The notes below the pieces were generated by a model, which did not search any database, was not told where the DNA came from, and saw only the letters and a list, made by a program, of their open reading frames with translations. A program made the position numbers and the translations under genes. From contig JAQBYT010000017.1 of NCBI GenBank assembly GCA_027622665.1, positions 9,210 to 73,209 of the forward strand: DNA of 64,000 nucleotides, written 5' to 3'. This document shows, one piece after another, positions 27,441 through 38,060 of the stretch (position 1 is the stretch's first letter; every line of letters starts with the position of its first letter). Source of the DNA: Verrucomicrobiota bacterium (GTDB taxonomy: Bacteria > Verrucomicrobiota > Verrucomicrobiia > Opitutales > Seribacteraceae).

Positions 27441-28481
27441 CTAGAAGTCTCCGCCTAATCCGACTTCGATCGAATGGGCACCGTAAGCACCGAAATTGCC
27501 GTGTTTGGCGGCACCCAAGTAGCGACAGCCAATTCCCGCCCGCAAATGCTCGGTGAGGCGGTAGCCCAGTTCGGCAAAGCCTTCGTACGATAACGTCGCT
27601 TTCTTGGAGGTTTCCAAAGGGGTTTTTACACTCCCGAAATAAAACATCCCGCCTTCCGCTCTGTATCCCAATCCCCCTGCTCCGCCAAAGCGCAACCACA
27701 AGTCTTTCGAGAGTGGTACGGTATATCCCAAGCGTCCAGATAGGTTGATTAGGTAGGATTCTCCCTTTCCGGCTGTGGAATTCGTCAAAAAAGAATGATG
27801 ATCTTTGAATGAGTTAAACTTGTAGTGGTTCAAGCCCAGAGACAGACCGCTAGTCCAGTTGCCGAACCGTCTCCCACCCGTTAAGCCTGCCGTGAAACCA
27901 GTGTTGCCCGAAAGCTTTCCATCGCCCAGTGGCAATTCGTAAGTGGTATCAGAGGGAAAGAGGGCGCCTGCAAATGGAAACAGGTAATACTTTCCGCGAT
28001 TCAGCGCAGGTCTTCCTTTTCGAGCGGAAATCTTTGGAGTGGTGTCTTCCGTGATTCCAGGAGAGTCGGAGAGGGTGGCAGGCTCAGTCGGCTCGACTAC
28101 TTCAATATACTTTGCCGGAGAGGCAACCTCTCTCCGCTTTTCCGGTACGCGCGTCTTGGACTGCTCCAGTTTATTTAAAAGCCTTTCCAGCTTGTTTTGC
28201 CTTTCCAGCCGCTTGTACAAATTAACGAGGGCAGGCAGAGGTTCGCGCGTATCGTTTATGCGATGAAGCAACGAGGCTCGACGATCCCATTCCATGGCAA
28301 TCTGGTGATCAAGGTCACTCACCGCGCTCGAAATCTTCTCTACCTCTGCTTGCAAGGCAGAAGTCGATTGGGGCAGGGCGTTGCTTGCGATGCGATCATC
28401 ATATACCGCCTCCGCATGCAGGGATGCGGGCAATGCAAGTACCATCGATAACCAATGGCAATACGAGTTTAGGATTCTCAC
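27441..28481 (-). CDS. Outer-membrane beta-barrel protein (OmpA/Opa-like size) with an N-terminal coiled coil
   Basis: Signal-like LALPASLHA, heptad-rich segment, then Gly/aromatic strands ending in GGDF; start uncertain. Confidence 0.7.
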   Translation of the reverse strand: MRILNSYCHWLSMVLALPASLHAEAVYDDRIASNALPQSTSALQAEVEKISSAVSDLDHQIAMEWDRRASLLHRINDTREPLPALVNLYKRLERQNKLERLLNKLEQSKTRVPEKRREVASPAKYIEVVEPTEPATLSDSPGITEDTTPKISARKGRPALNRGKYYLFPFAGALFPSDTTYELPLGDGKLSGNTGFTAGLTGGRRFGNWTSGLSLGLNHYKFNSFKDHHSFLTNSTAGKGESYLINLSGRLGYTVPLSKDLWLRFGGAGGLGYRAEGGMFYFGSVKTPLETSKKATLSYEGFAELGYRLTEHLRAGIGCRYLGAAKHGNFGAYGAHSIEVGLGGDF

Positions 28482-28776
28482 TACACGGGAAAAAGAAATT
28501 TGGACAATCAGAAACCTAGGGATAAGCCTAACCCAGTCAACTCTTTCGATGAGCCGAAAAAGAACAGTTCGAGCATTATCGTGTACTTGGACTCTTCGGA
28601 TATCCCTGCGGATGCGTTGATGAGATATTAACCACGGTTAAACTTTTCGCCTCTAACGGTAAGGTTTTGGTGAATGCGAAATCCGTGCAAGCGTTCGTCT
28701 GGACGGAATTCACTTCCGTTTCAGCTGTCGAAGTACTTTTGATTGAGAACGAGGAAATCAAGATCTGGCGTTGCTT

Positions 28777-29418
28777 CTAGTATAAACCGTCCCGAGAATA
28801 ACCGCCTTGGTGGCAGTTTAGGCAGGTTAGGGTGCTTTTTACTGGATGCTTGAGAAACTTTAGGTCTCGCCCCGGTTTGCCCATGGGCGCGTCCGAGTCG
28901 ACCTTGAGCAGTTGGCCTTGTTTCAATACTGCTTCTTCTCCCTTCGGATTGGTTACCTTAACTTCTCCTTCGCAAACGCAGACTTGGCTTTCCTTCTTTT
29001 CCGTGACGGAGGCGCTAAAGGCAGTCCCGCGAATCCCCGCGGTGGCACCCGGCATATCCACGCTGAAGGACGAATCCTTCTTCAGCTTGGGCACCCGCAC
29101 CCAGAGGAATCCCGTATCCAGTTCGAGGATGGACTTGGCGGCGTCTCCCTCCTTCGACTTCATGGTCATCTCGCTTTTCTCGTACACCACGAGCTGGCCG
29201 CCGTTGCTCAGACGGAGGATCACCATTTGCCCGAGGCCTGTAAAAATGGTGTCGCCGTTTTTGATAGTAATGCCTTTCGTCACGGGCAGGACTTGGTCGC
29301 CCGATTTGTATTCGACTTTCCCGATCACGACTTCGACCACGGATCCTTTTTCCGCCTGTCCGAGAAGGCTGCCAAAGAAGCTGAGCAAAAGGGCAATTGA
29401 CGCAAAGTGTTTTCGCAT
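28777..29418 (-). CDS. FecR-domain periplasmic protein with a C-terminal CxxCH
   Basis: Signal peptide; GDTIFT, ATAGIRGT.F, VCEGEVKV; CLNCH at 28810-28824; GGAG RBS. Confidence 0.85.
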   Translation of the reverse strand: MRKHFASIALLLSFFGSLLGQAEKGSVVEVVIGKVEYKSGDQVLPVTKGITIKNGDTIFTGLGQMVILRLSNGGQLVVYEKSEMTMKSKEGDAAKSILELDTGFLWVRVPKLKKDSSFSVDMPGATAGIRGTAFSASVTEKKESQVCVCEGEVKVTNPKGEEAVLKQGQLLKVDSDAPMGKPGRDLKFLKHPVKSTLTCLNCHQGGYSRDGLY

Positions 29419-29427
29419 GGTCTTCTC

Positions 29428-30756
29428 CTAAAACTTGAATTCAGTCTGAACGTAAGCCCATTGGGTAGTGTCGTTTTGGCCCCATCCCCAATGGGAGTCT
29501 CTCCAATCCGTAATCAGCTTGCCCGGGAAAAAGAGGGAGTAACCGGCGGTGAAACTACGATTTGGTTTTTTTCCGAACCGTAGGTGCAAGTCCAGTTCGG
29601 AACCTACGTCCTTGCTGGCATTCGTTGTACCCGGCCAATCGTTGCGTGGAGGGTCTATCCACCACCATGCCGGAGAAAGGTCTGCCACGTACCAAGCTGA
29701 GTCTTGGGAATGCATGTAGAACTGGTGGAACTCGATCAGGGCTTCCACCTTCGGGTGGATATCGGCAAACATATAAAGCGTGAGCATTTCCGCATTCATC
29801 ATGCTCATCCAGTCCATCGCACCCGAACGAACGTGCCTGTTGGCGAAGGGGGGAATGAAGGTTTCGTGTCGCCCGGGAGTATCACCATCGTCACCTGTCG
29901 ACAGGGAGTACTCGATGCCGACGTTCCTCACCACGGAGTGGTCCACGAAATAGTCCAAGTTGGCGACGAGGTTGTAGGCTTGCAGATCCTTGCTGCCACC
30001 TACCTTCATTTTGCCCGTCTGGTAATTGACCATCCAATGGTAGAAGAGGGGCCTTGAAAGCTTACCTTCCATGCGGGTGCCGAAGTTGTAAACCTCCAGT
30101 TCGGGATTCCCGCTAAGGGGCAAGCTGTCCTGTTCGTTGCCTATGCCGAAGTACCAGAGGTAGAACTCGTTTATGGTTCGAGTGGGAGAAGTTCTTTCGA
30201 GGTTAATTCCGGCAAGTTGGTTGTGGTGATCCTTGGCCAATTGTCCATAGAGGACGTCCAGGTCCCATGTAGATCCATCTCGATAAAACTTCAGGGCATC
30301 GAAACTGTTACCTTCCATGTCCCAGTCGTCGCCATCGATCAAGATGCCGCGATTGTAGCTTAACTCTTGTCGGCCGACCCGAAGGTTCAGGGTGTCCGAA
30401 CCCGGAAGTAAAAAATCCAAGTAGGCTTGGTGAATGCGATGAACGTCTTCCTCGGGAGGACGCTTGAATTCGCCCTCGTCGATTATGCGGCGACCCAGAC
30501 GAAGTTCCATGAGGTGACGTTCCTTGGCCAAGGAGATGTCGGCCCGAAACTCATGTTCTAGTTCGGAGGAGTCGGTGTTTTCCCTGTTCTTTTCGTAAAG
30601 CCCGTAATTCTCGAACAAGGTAGCCCGGTAGCGAAGTTCGGTGGCCAGATCGATCTGGGCTCCAAGTCCGAAGGCAAAGGCGGTAAGGCTTACCCATAGC
30701 AAGGAAAGCCGTCGAATGCGGTTTGAGTAAATTGGAAACGACAAGAAAAGCTGCAT
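29428..30756 (-). CDS. Alginate export (AlgE-like) family outer-membrane porin
   Basis: HQAYL, RVGRQELSY, SFDA, TGD, DVGSELDL, terminal AYVQTEFKF; start uncertain. Confidence 0.8.
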   Translation of the reverse strand: MQLFLSFPIYSNRIRRLSLLWVSLTAFAFGLGAQIDLATELRYRATLFENYGLYEKNRENTDSSELEHEFRADISLAKERHLMELRLGRRIIDEGEFKRPPEEDVHRIHQAYLDFLLPGSDTLNLRVGRQELSYNRGILIDGDDWDMEGNSFDALKFYRDGSTWDLDVLYGQLAKDHHNQLAGINLERTSPTRTINEFYLWYFGIGNEQDSLPLSGNPELEVYNFGTRMEGKLSRPLFYHWMVNYQTGKMKVGGSKDLQAYNLVANLDYFVDHSVVRNVGIEYSLSTGDDGDTPGRHETFIPPFANRHVRSGAMDWMSMMNAEMLTLYMFADIHPKVEALIEFHQFYMHSQDSAWYVADLSPAWWWIDPPRNDWPGTTNASKDVGSELDLHLRFGKKPNRSFTAGYSLFFPGKLITDWRDSHWGWGQNDTTQWAYVQTEFKF

Positions 30757-30900
30757 GTTTTCTCTATTTGCTAGGCAGGTGGAATAGCACGGCAAGCACC
30801 TCAAAGGTGAAATTCTTAATCCGTTTTTGGGAAAAGAACTCCATTGCTTCGAGTAAATCGGAAGCGTTCCGGTTGCGAGTGCCGGGCGTCGAGGTATTCG

Positions 30901-31680
30901 TCAAGACTGCAGGATCGTCTTCTGGGCGGCGACGAGTTCGGAGATTCCTTTTTCGGCAAGCGTGAGAAGTTCGTCGAGCTGGGCTCGAGTGTAAGTAGCT
31001 TCCTCTCCCGAGGATTGCACTTCGACGAACTCGCCGGACCCCGTCATCACCACGTTGGCATCGACGGAGGCATCGCGGTCCTCTGGGTAATCGAGGTCGA
31101 GTACACAGCGATTGCGGTATACGCCTACGGATATAGCCGCAAGGTGATCGAGGATGGGATCTTCCTTGAGCTTTCCATTGTCAAGTAGGCTGTTTACGGC
31201 GAGGCGAGCGGCAAGCCATGCACCTGTGATTGAGGCGGTACGAGTACCGCCATCGGCCCGGAGCACGTCGCAATCGATCCAGAGGGTTTTCTCGGGCAGC
31301 TTCTTTAGATCGAGGACAGCTCGGAGGGAGCGGCCGATGAGGCGCTGTATCTCGATGTTCCGTCCGTCTTGACGGCCTTTGCTTATGGGGCGATCCTTCC
31401 GAGTGAGGGTGGAGTAGGGGAGCATCCCGTATTCGGCGGTAAGCCATCCGCCCTGCACTTTCTGGCGTTGCATCCAATTCGGCACCTTATTCTCGATCAT
31501 TACGGCGCATATGACTTGGGTGTCGCCAAAGGAGGCGAGCACGGATCCGTCGGCATGAGGAGCGATTCCGGGTTCAAGTCTTACTTCGCGCATTTGATCG
31601 ATTTCGCGACCGGAGGGGCGGACGAACACTTGTTCGAGTTGCTCCTCTAGAGAACCGTGATTTTCGGAGTCAGGCTTCAT
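30901..31680 (-). CDS. rph: Ribonuclease PH
   Basis: WLTAEYGMLP, EIQRLIGRSLR, ADGGTRTASITG, DLDYPED. Confidence 0.97.
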   Translation of the reverse strand: MKPDSENHGSLEEQLEQVFVRPSGREIDQMREVRLEPGIAPHADGSVLASFGDTQVICAVMIENKVPNWMQRQKVQGGWLTAEYGMLPYSTLTRKDRPISKGRQDGRNIEIQRLIGRSLRAVLDLKKLPEKTLWIDCDVLRADGGTRTASITGAWLAARLAVNSLLDNGKLKEDPILDHLAAISVGVYRNRCVLDLDYPEDRDASVDANVVMTGSGEFVEVQSSGEEATYTRAQLDELLTLAEKGISELVAAQKTILQS

Positions 31681-33022
31681 ATTGCTTAAGTGGTTCGGGG
31701 TCTATGACGTGAGAGGGAGAGTCGGCGAGGGCTTCTCGAAACCAATCCCTTGCCTTGGGGTCGCCGTGGTGAAGGAAAATCGTCTTGGGTTCAAGCTTTT
31801 TGGCGAGGGCCAAGAGTTCTTCGCGGTCGGCGTGGCCGCTAAGGTCGTATTGGCGAATGCGAGCGCGGACGGGGGTAATGTAGTCAATCGCCTCGAAGGT
31901 GAAATCCTGTCCGTTTTGCTTGGTGAGTAGCTTGCCGCCCGGGGTGTCGGGGTCGCAGTAGCCGACGAAAATGATGGTGTTGCGGTCACTGCCGAGCAGC
32001 CCCGAGGCCAATGCGTAGGAGGGGGTGTTTTCCACCAGCATGCCACTGCTAACAAGGTATATTCCGGGTTGGTTTGGTTCGCGACCCGGTTCTATGCGAC
32101 GGGCTACGGGTCGAACGCCTAGGCTTTTCAGCACCTTTCGGCTGAAGTTCACTTCGTGGCTCTGCTTGGAAATCTCGTGAAAATAGTTGACGAGGTCCAT
32201 CCCGAGGCCGGAGCAAAATACGGGTGCGGGAGGGATGGCCCCACGGTGACGAGCCTCTTCGAGAACAACGAGCATTTCCTGCATCCGGCCAAGGGCGAAT
32301 ACCGGAATGAGAACGGAACCTCCTCGCTTGATGGTCTTTCGTATGTCTTCCAGTACGCGGACGATTTCGGCTTCGCGTTGCTTTTCGGGAGCTCGTGCAG
32401 TGAGACCGCGGGTAGTCTCCATTACAAGTATATCTACCGGGTTCAGAGGTGGTTTGGCCCCTTTGAGGATGCGTTGGTCGTTGAAGAGGACGTCGCCCGT
32501 AAAAAAGATCGTTTGACCGTTTCGGGATACGGAGCAGGAGGCCGCTCCAACTACATGGCCTGCGTGATGAAGGGTAACCTCTAGCGTATCACCGTCTTTT
32601 TCGAAGACGAAGGGTTTCTCTATGTCAAGTAGTTGGAAGCGATCCTTGAGAATGGAAACGTCTTCACGATTATAGAGGGGATACTCGGGCAGGTTTAGTT
32701 CGCCGCGCTGGCGTTTCATCACGGCTACCGAATTGCTCAGCATCCGTCTGGCAATAGCTCGAGTGGCTTGAGTTGCGAGAATGGGGGTGTCCGGGTTTTC
32801 TCGAGAGAGAACAGGTAGGGAACCCAAGTGGTCGAGGTGGCAGTGCGTGAGGACGATGAAGTCGAGCGATTTGCGTTCGACCAGTGAGAACTTGGGCATT
32901 GCCTCGTTTCCAGCTAGCTTCGGATGTAGTCCGCTGTCGATGACGAAGCGAAAGGGACCGACCTCGATGAGGAGACTGTTGGCGCCTATGCCGCCGCTGG
33001 GATTGAGATCCGTGAGTTTCAC
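31670..33022 (-). CDS. Metallo-beta-lactamase / beta-CASP ribonuclease
   Basis: THCHLDH, AGHVVG, FTGD, ETT, PVFALGRMQE, SGHAD, HG. Confidence 0.92.
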   Translation of the reverse strand: MKLTDLNPSGGIGANSLLIEVGPFRFVIDSGLHPKLAGNEAMPKFSLVERKSLDFIVLTHCHLDHLGSLPVLSRENPDTPILATQATRAIARRMLSNSVAVMKRQRGELNLPEYPLYNREDVSILKDRFQLLDIEKPFVFEKDGDTLEVTLHHAGHVVGAASCSVSRNGQTIFFTGDVLFNDQRILKGAKPPLNPVDILVMETTRGLTARAPEKQREAEIVRVLEDIRKTIKRGGSVLIPVFALGRMQEMLVVLEEARHRGAIPPAPVFCSGLGMDLVNYFHEISKQSHEVNFSRKVLKSLGVRPVARRIEPGREPNQPGIYLVSSGMLVENTPSYALASGLLGSDRNTIIFVGYCDPDTPGGKLLTKQNGQDFTFEAIDYITPVRARIRQYDLSGHADREELLALAKKLEPKTIFLHHGDPKARDWFREALADSPSHVIDPEPLKQYEA

Positions 33023-33429
33023 GAAAGGGCTGGGTCGGGTCGGGTCTCGTCGGGAATCTCGAGGCGGAAATCTGGTATTCGCACGCGGATTTTATTACCT
33101 AACTCATCTACGCCATGAAAGGATCCGGAAGCGATTGCACCGATGTGGGTAAGGTGATAACTGTTGTAGGTGAAGGTTTCTCCGGTTGCGAGGACGGGAG
33201 TTTCTCCCACAACCTTATCGCCCTCCACGACGGTGGCGGTGTCGTCGTCGTTATTAAGGACCCATTTGCGACCGAGAATGGTAACGGTTCGGTCGGAGAG
33301 GTTGTGGATGCTTAAGAAGTAAATGAAAGCGTGGGAGAGCGTGTCGGGCAGGTTCACGTTCTCGCAGTGGTGAACGAGTTTGTCCAAAACTACGCGAAGG
33401 CCCTCTAGTTCTATGGTTTCTTGGGTCAC
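33019..33429 (-). CDS. apaG: ApaG domain protein
   Basis: Y.LSIHN, RKW, VEGDKVVGETP.L, FTYNS, IPDFRL; GTG start. Confidence 0.88.
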   Translation of the reverse strand: MTQETIELEGLRVVLDKLVHHCENVNLPDTLSHAFIYFLSIHNLSDRTVTILGRKWVLNNDDDTATVVEGDKVVGETPVLATGETFTYNSYHLTHIGAIASGSFHGVDELGNKIRVRIPDFRLEIPDETRPDPALS

Positions 33430-33567
33430 AAAACGTTTTTCTAAAAAAAATGAATATTACCGAAGGAATAGGTAACGCCAATCCTTTTTATGGTGAATTA
33501 GCCGAAATTTTAGGTTTTTTTGCGAAAAACGCTTGCTCCTTTGCCAACCTGTCGCACAAGAGGCGTG

Positions 33568-35133
33568 ATGCAACGTTTGGCTCTTATATCAGTAAGCGAC
33601 AAGTCGGGAGTTCTCCCCTTTGCCAAGACCTTGGTGGATGAACTCGGCTTTCGCATTCTTTCCACCGGTGGCACTGCCCGCCTTTTACGCGAGAATGGCG
33701 TGGATGCGGTCGAGGTTAGCGACCATACCGGATTTCCCGAAATGATGGACGGGAGGGTGAAGACCCTTCACCCAAAGATCCACGGCGGCTTGCTCTGTCT
33801 GCGGAACAACGAGGAACACTGCCAAGCTGCCGAGGCGAACGACATCGAGATGATCGAGCTGGTGGTGGTGAACCTGTATCCCTTCGAGGAAACGGTGGCT
33901 AATCCGGGAGTGACCTTGGCGGAGGCTATCGAGCAGATAGATATCGGTGGTCCCTCCATGCTCCGCAGCGCAGCAAAGAACAACCGCGACGTTACGGTTG
34001 TCTGCGATCCGGGGGACTATGATCGTGTACTCGATTCGCTGAGAGCGAATGACGAGGCGGCTCTTTTGAAATTGCGCTCGGAGTTGGCTCTGAAGGTTTT
34101 TCATAGAACTGCCGAATACGACGGCGCCATCTCCGAATACTTGGGCGAGCAAGCGTTGAAGGACGCCGATGAACCCGATATCGATTCCATCTCAGGCTTT
34201 CCGAAAGTGCTTTCAGTTACTTCCGAGAAGGCGATGTCCTTGCGGTACGGAGAAAACCCTCATCAGCAAGCTTCTCTCTACGGATCCTTTATGGAGTACT
34301 TTAAACAGCTTCAAGGCAAGGAGTTGAGTTACAACAATATTCTGGATATTTCCGCCGCTGCATACCTGATTGGAGAGTTTGAGCGTCCTACTGTGGCCAT
34401 TCTCAAGCATACAAATCCTTGCGGTGTCGCTTGCGCCGACCATTTGACCGATGCCTGGGATCTTGCCTATGAAACGGACCGGCAAGCTCCGTTCGGCGGC
34501 ATTATCGTCGTGAATAACACGATGGACGAGGACTTGGCCTCAAAAATCGCAGATATTTTTTGCGAGGTTATCGTTGCTCCGGGTTTTACTCCTGAGGCCC
34601 AAGAAATATTCGGAAAGAAAAAAAACCTCCGCTTGCTGATTTCTAGATCCGGATTCGGCCCCGAGACCCTACAGGAGATTCGTACTGTTCCCGGTGGGTT
34701 TCTTGCTCAGGATAGAGATCAAAAACGCATCAACCCCAAGAACTATACCGTTCCTACTAAAAGAGAACCCACAGAAGAGGAATGGCGAGCCCTGCTTTTC
34801 GGTTGGCGAGTAGTGAGGCATGTGAAGAGCAATGCCATCGTCTACGCGGGACTGGAGAGATCTCTGGGTATCGGCGCGGGCCAGATGTCTCGAGTGGATA
34901 GCTCTAGAATAGCGGTATGGAAGGCAGGGGAGGCCGGATTGTCGTTGGACGGTTCTATCGTGGCCTCAGATGCGTTCTTCCCGTTTGCCGATGGATTGAT
35001 TGCCGCAGCCGACTCGGGAGCCTCCGCCGCGATTCAGCCCGGTGGCAGCGTTCGAGACGCAGAGGTGATCGCCGCAGCAGACGAACGCGACATGGCCATG
35101 GTCTTTACGGGGTCTCGTCACTTCCGCCACTAA
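33568..35133 (+). CDS. purH: Bifunctional AICAR formyltransferase / IMP cyclohydrolase
   Basis: [41 protein letters not shown]. Confidence 0.98.
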   Translation: MQRLALISVSDKSGVLPFAKTLVDELGFRILSTGGTARLLRENGVDAVEVSDHTGFPEMMDGRVKTLHPKIHGGLLCLRNNEEHCQAAEANDIEMIELVVVNLYPFEETVANPGVTLAEAIEQIDIGGPSMLRSAAKNNRDVTVVCDPGDYDRVLDSLRANDEAALLKLRSELALKVFHRTAEYDGAISEYLGEQALKDADEPDIDSISGFPKVLSVTSEKAMSLRYGENPHQQASLYGSFMEYFKQLQGKELSYNNILDISAAAYLIGEFERPTVAILKHTNPCGVACADHLTDAWDLAYETDRQAPFGGIIVVNNTMDEDLASKIADIFCEVIVAPGFTPEAQEIFGKKKNLRLLISRSGFGPETLQEIRTVPGGFLAQDRDQKRINPKNYTVPTKREPTEEEWRALLFGWRVVRHVKSNAIVYAGLERSLGIGAGQMSRVDSSRIAVWKAGEAGLSLDGSIVASDAFFPFADGLIAAADSGASAAIQPGGSVRDAEVIAAADERDMAMVFTGSRHFRH

Positions 35134-35214
35134 GGCAAGTGATGGAAATCTCGGAAATGACCTTGCTTGAAAGGAGTTTCGTCCTAAATTATTATTAGGG
35201 TAACCTTTCATCTG

Positions 35215-36009
35215 ATGATTAAGAAATTTGCTTCTTTGGTCCGTCCTCTCGTTTTTGCGTCGTTGTCTTTTGTTCTGGGCGGATGCGGAGCCGCCGTTCT
35301 TTCGGACGAAGGCTTGGCCAAGCAGGCCGGGAATCAGTTCAATCAGATGAAGAAGAAGGAGAATATTTCGACCAATTCTTCCCACAACCAGATGATTCAA
35401 CGGATCGGCAAGCGCATAACTGATGTGGCGGAGGTCGATATTCAGGGGACCGAGTGGGAGTTCGTGGTTTTTGATAAACCGGAGCCGAACGCTTTTGCCA
35501 TGCCGGGCGGCAAGGTGGGCGTTAATAGCGGATTGATCGTTTTGTCGGGTGGAAACGAGGATGAGGTAGCGGCCGTCATCGGCCATGAGATTGCACATGT
35601 AGCCTTTCGACACAGCAACAAGAGAATGTCGCAGGCGATGGGGTTGGCTCTCGGGGGGGCAATTCTCGAAGTGGCTATGCGGAACAAGGAGAAGACGGAC
35701 AGACAAATAGCACGAGGCGCTTATGGAGTGGGGGCTACCGTTGGTTTGGCTTTGCCTTTTAGCCGATCTCAGGAACGCGAGGCTGATCACCGAGGCATTT
35801 ACTACGCGGCCATGGCTGGATACGACCCACGAGCGGCAATCAGTTTTTGGAAAAAAATGCAGTCCAAGTCGAAGAGTCGCATGCCACAGTTTCTCTCAAC
35901 CCATCCCGATTCGGGTAATCGCATCGCATTTCTTCAAGGCAACATGGATCGTGCCTTGGCCCTTTATCGCGAAGCAAAAGCATCTCGCGGAGAAAAAGCT
36001 AACCCTTAA
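35215..36009 (+). CDS. M48 family metallopeptidase, probable lipoprotein
   Basis: LGGC lipobox, NAFAMPGG, HEIAH, EREAD, STHP. Confidence 0.93.
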   Translation: MIKKFASLVRPLVFASLSFVLGGCGAAVLSDEGLAKQAGNQFNQMKKKENISTNSSHNQMIQRIGKRITDVAEVDIQGTEWEFVVFDKPEPNAFAMPGGKVGVNSGLIVLSGGNEDEVAAVIGHEIAHVAFRHSNKRMSQAMGLALGGAILEVAMRNKEKTDRQIARGAYGVGATVGLALPFSRSQEREADHRGIYYAAMAGYDPRAAISFWKKMQSKSKSRMPQFLSTHPDSGNRIAFLQGNMDRALALYREAKASRGEKANP

Positions 36010-36030
36010 TCGGTTACAAACCGAACACTA

Positions 36031-37407
36031 ATGTCCCTTCTTTCCGATCCCACTCGGGCTCTCAGCGAGTATGTTTCTCACGCCAGTGTATCTGCGGATC
36101 CCGCTTTTGCATCCGGAGTTGCCGCGGCCCGCGAGTTTGCCGTTTCCCGGCTCAAGGAACTTGGCTTTGCCGTCGAAATCGTCGAGACGCCTGTTCATCC
36201 GATCGTTCTTGGCACTCGCGGAGATCCTTCTTGGCCTCATTTAGTCATCTACGGTCATTACGATGTGCAGCCTCCTGATCCTCTCGACCTTTGGGAGACC
36301 CCTGCTTTCGAGACCGAAGTTCGCGATGGTCGTCTTTACGGTCGAGGGGCCGCCGACAACAAGGGGCCGCAAATCGTCCATATGGCCGCTTTGGCCCGAG
36401 TCTTTGAGAAGCATCCCGATCTACCCCTTCGCATCACCTACTTGATCGAAGGCGAGGAAGAAATTGGTAGCCCGAGTTTTTCCGGATTTCTCAACGACCA
36501 TAAGGATAAACTCGCCGGTGACATGGTGCTGGTTTCAGATACCGGCAGTCCCAGTCCGGAGCAACTTGTCATTACCACAGGGTTGCGGGGCTTAACGGCC
36601 CTTGAGGTTAAGGTAATAGGTCCGAAACAAGATTTGCATTCAGGTGTCCACGGAGGCCCTCTGCTTAATCCCCTGCAGGCATTGGCCGAGATTTGCGCAT
36701 CGCTTCATGATTCCGATGGAGGTGTTAACGTTCCGGGCTTTTACGATTCGGTTCATGACCCGGAAGATTGGGAACGGGAAGAATTGAAGAAGATGCCCTT
36801 GACGGAGGATCAGTACGCCGAGTTTCTAGGAATCGAGCATTTTTATCCACCCAAGGGCTTTTCGCCCTTGGAATCTCTTCGGTTTGCGCCGACTCTCGAA
36901 TTCAACGGCATGGGTGGTGGTTACCAAGGAGAAGGTTCCAAGACGGTCATTCCTCGCGAGGCATTCGTCAAGATCACATGTCGATTGGTGCCCAACCAAA
37001 CGGCGGATGAGATTACGAGTTTGGTCAAGGAAGCCATCGAGAGTAGATGCCCTCCACAGGTTAGGGTGGAAGTGAAGGTCACGGGCGGCGGCGACCCCTA
37101 CGTCGTGATTCCTCCCGGTAAGCCCGGTGCCGATCTAGACTCGTCGGCCTTGCTCCAGAAAGCTTTCGCGGCAGCCGAGAATCGTATCGAAGAAGCGTTC
37201 GGAACTCATCCCATATACCTTCGAGAGGGTGGGAGCATTCCAATCATTGGAGATCTTAAACAGGTCGTGGGATTGGATTCATTGCTGATCGGACTCTTCA
37301 CCAACGAAGATAACTTGCATGCACCCAACGAGAGCTTTCATCTAGGCATCATGAACAAGGCCATAGATGCATTTGAGAAGTTGTTTCTAGATTTGGCCGA
37401 CAGGTAA
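36031..37407 (+). CDS. M20 family metallo-dipeptidase
   Basis: YGHYDVQP, GRGAADNKG, EGEEE, DLHSG, HAPNE. Confidence 0.93.
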   Translation: MSLLSDPTRALSEYVSHASVSADPAFASGVAAAREFAVSRLKELGFAVEIVETPVHPIVLGTRGDPSWPHLVIYGHYDVQPPDPLDLWETPAFETEVRDGRLYGRGAADNKGPQIVHMAALARVFEKHPDLPLRITYLIEGEEEIGSPSFSGFLNDHKDKLAGDMVLVSDTGSPSPEQLVITTGLRGLTALEVKVIGPKQDLHSGVHGGPLLNPLQALAEICASLHDSDGGVNVPGFYDSVHDPEDWEREELKKMPLTEDQYAEFLGIEHFYPPKGFSPLESLRFAPTLEFNGMGGGYQGEGSKTVIPREAFVKITCRLVPNQTADEITSLVKEAIESRCPPQVRVEVKVTGGGDPYVVIPPGKPGADLDSSALLQKAFAAAENRIEEAFGTHPIYLREGGSIPIIGDLKQVVGLDSLLIGLFTNEDNLHAPNESFHLGIMNKAIDAFEKLFLDLADR

Positions 37408-37457
37408 GATTACTTTACGGTCTTTTGCTCGGAAAAAGCCCAAGGCTTTCAAGTAGG

Positions 37458-38048
37458 CTAATTGTTATTCTTAAGAATCATGAACTGAGCCCTCCGATCG
37501 GCCTTGGCTTCGCTTGAAGATGCATTCGGGACTGAATTGTGATCACCTATGGATATTACGTCTATTCTGGAGGCGTCGCATCCCAGATCCACAAGATATT
37601 TCTTAACAGTGGAGGCCCGTCTGTCCCCCAATGACTTGTTGTACTCGGGAGTTCCCTTCCAGTCGCAGTATCCCTCGATGATTACACTGGCCTTGGGAGA
37701 ACTCTTCATGAAATCGGCCACTTCCTCGACTTTCGGGCGCTCCGCGGCGGCTAGGTTGTATTGGTCAAAGCCGAAGAAAACGGGGTCGAACGGTCGTATT
37801 ACGTTTTCTGGGTCGCTGAACCCAGCGAGATTGGGATTTCGCAGAGACAGACTATCATCGTTCAATGGATTGTTGATCAGTTCGCCTCCTTGAGCGAAGT
37901 CGTCAGCACCTGAATTAAAACCTTTCCCGTTTTCACCCCCTGCTCCGCCACGGTTCAGAGTGGTGTCGGGATCTGTGTTTTTTTTGCAGCTTGCAAAGGA
38001 GAAAACCAACAAGCCGAGGCAGAATGCGTTAAGTATTTCCATTTTCAT
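37458..38048 (-). CDS. OmpA/Pal family peptidoglycan-associated lipoprotein
   Basis: FASC lipobox; FGFDQY, EGYCDWKGTPEYN..LGDRRA, DRRAQF. Confidence 0.9.
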   Translation of the reverse strand: MKMEILNAFCLGLLVFSFASCKKNTDPDTTLNRGGAGGENGKGFNSGADDFAQGGELINNPLNDDSLSLRNPNLAGFSDPENVIRPFDPVFFGFDQYNLAAAERPKVEEVADFMKSSPKASVIIEGYCDWKGTPEYNKSLGDRRASTVKKYLVDLGCDASRIDVISIGDHNSVPNASSSEAKADRRAQFMILKNNN

Positions 38049-38060
38049 GATTTGCGGAAG

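Noticed and set aside
28482..28776. Possible gene or pseudogene in the roughly 295-bp gap (open plus frame ending ...IKIWRCF*, and minus ORF 28576-28761)
   Set aside because: No convincing start, RBS or recognisable motif; cannot be supported without a homology search.
29428..30756. Alginate biosynthesis locus
   Set aside because: Only the porin family resembles AlgE; no alg synthesis genes are nearby.
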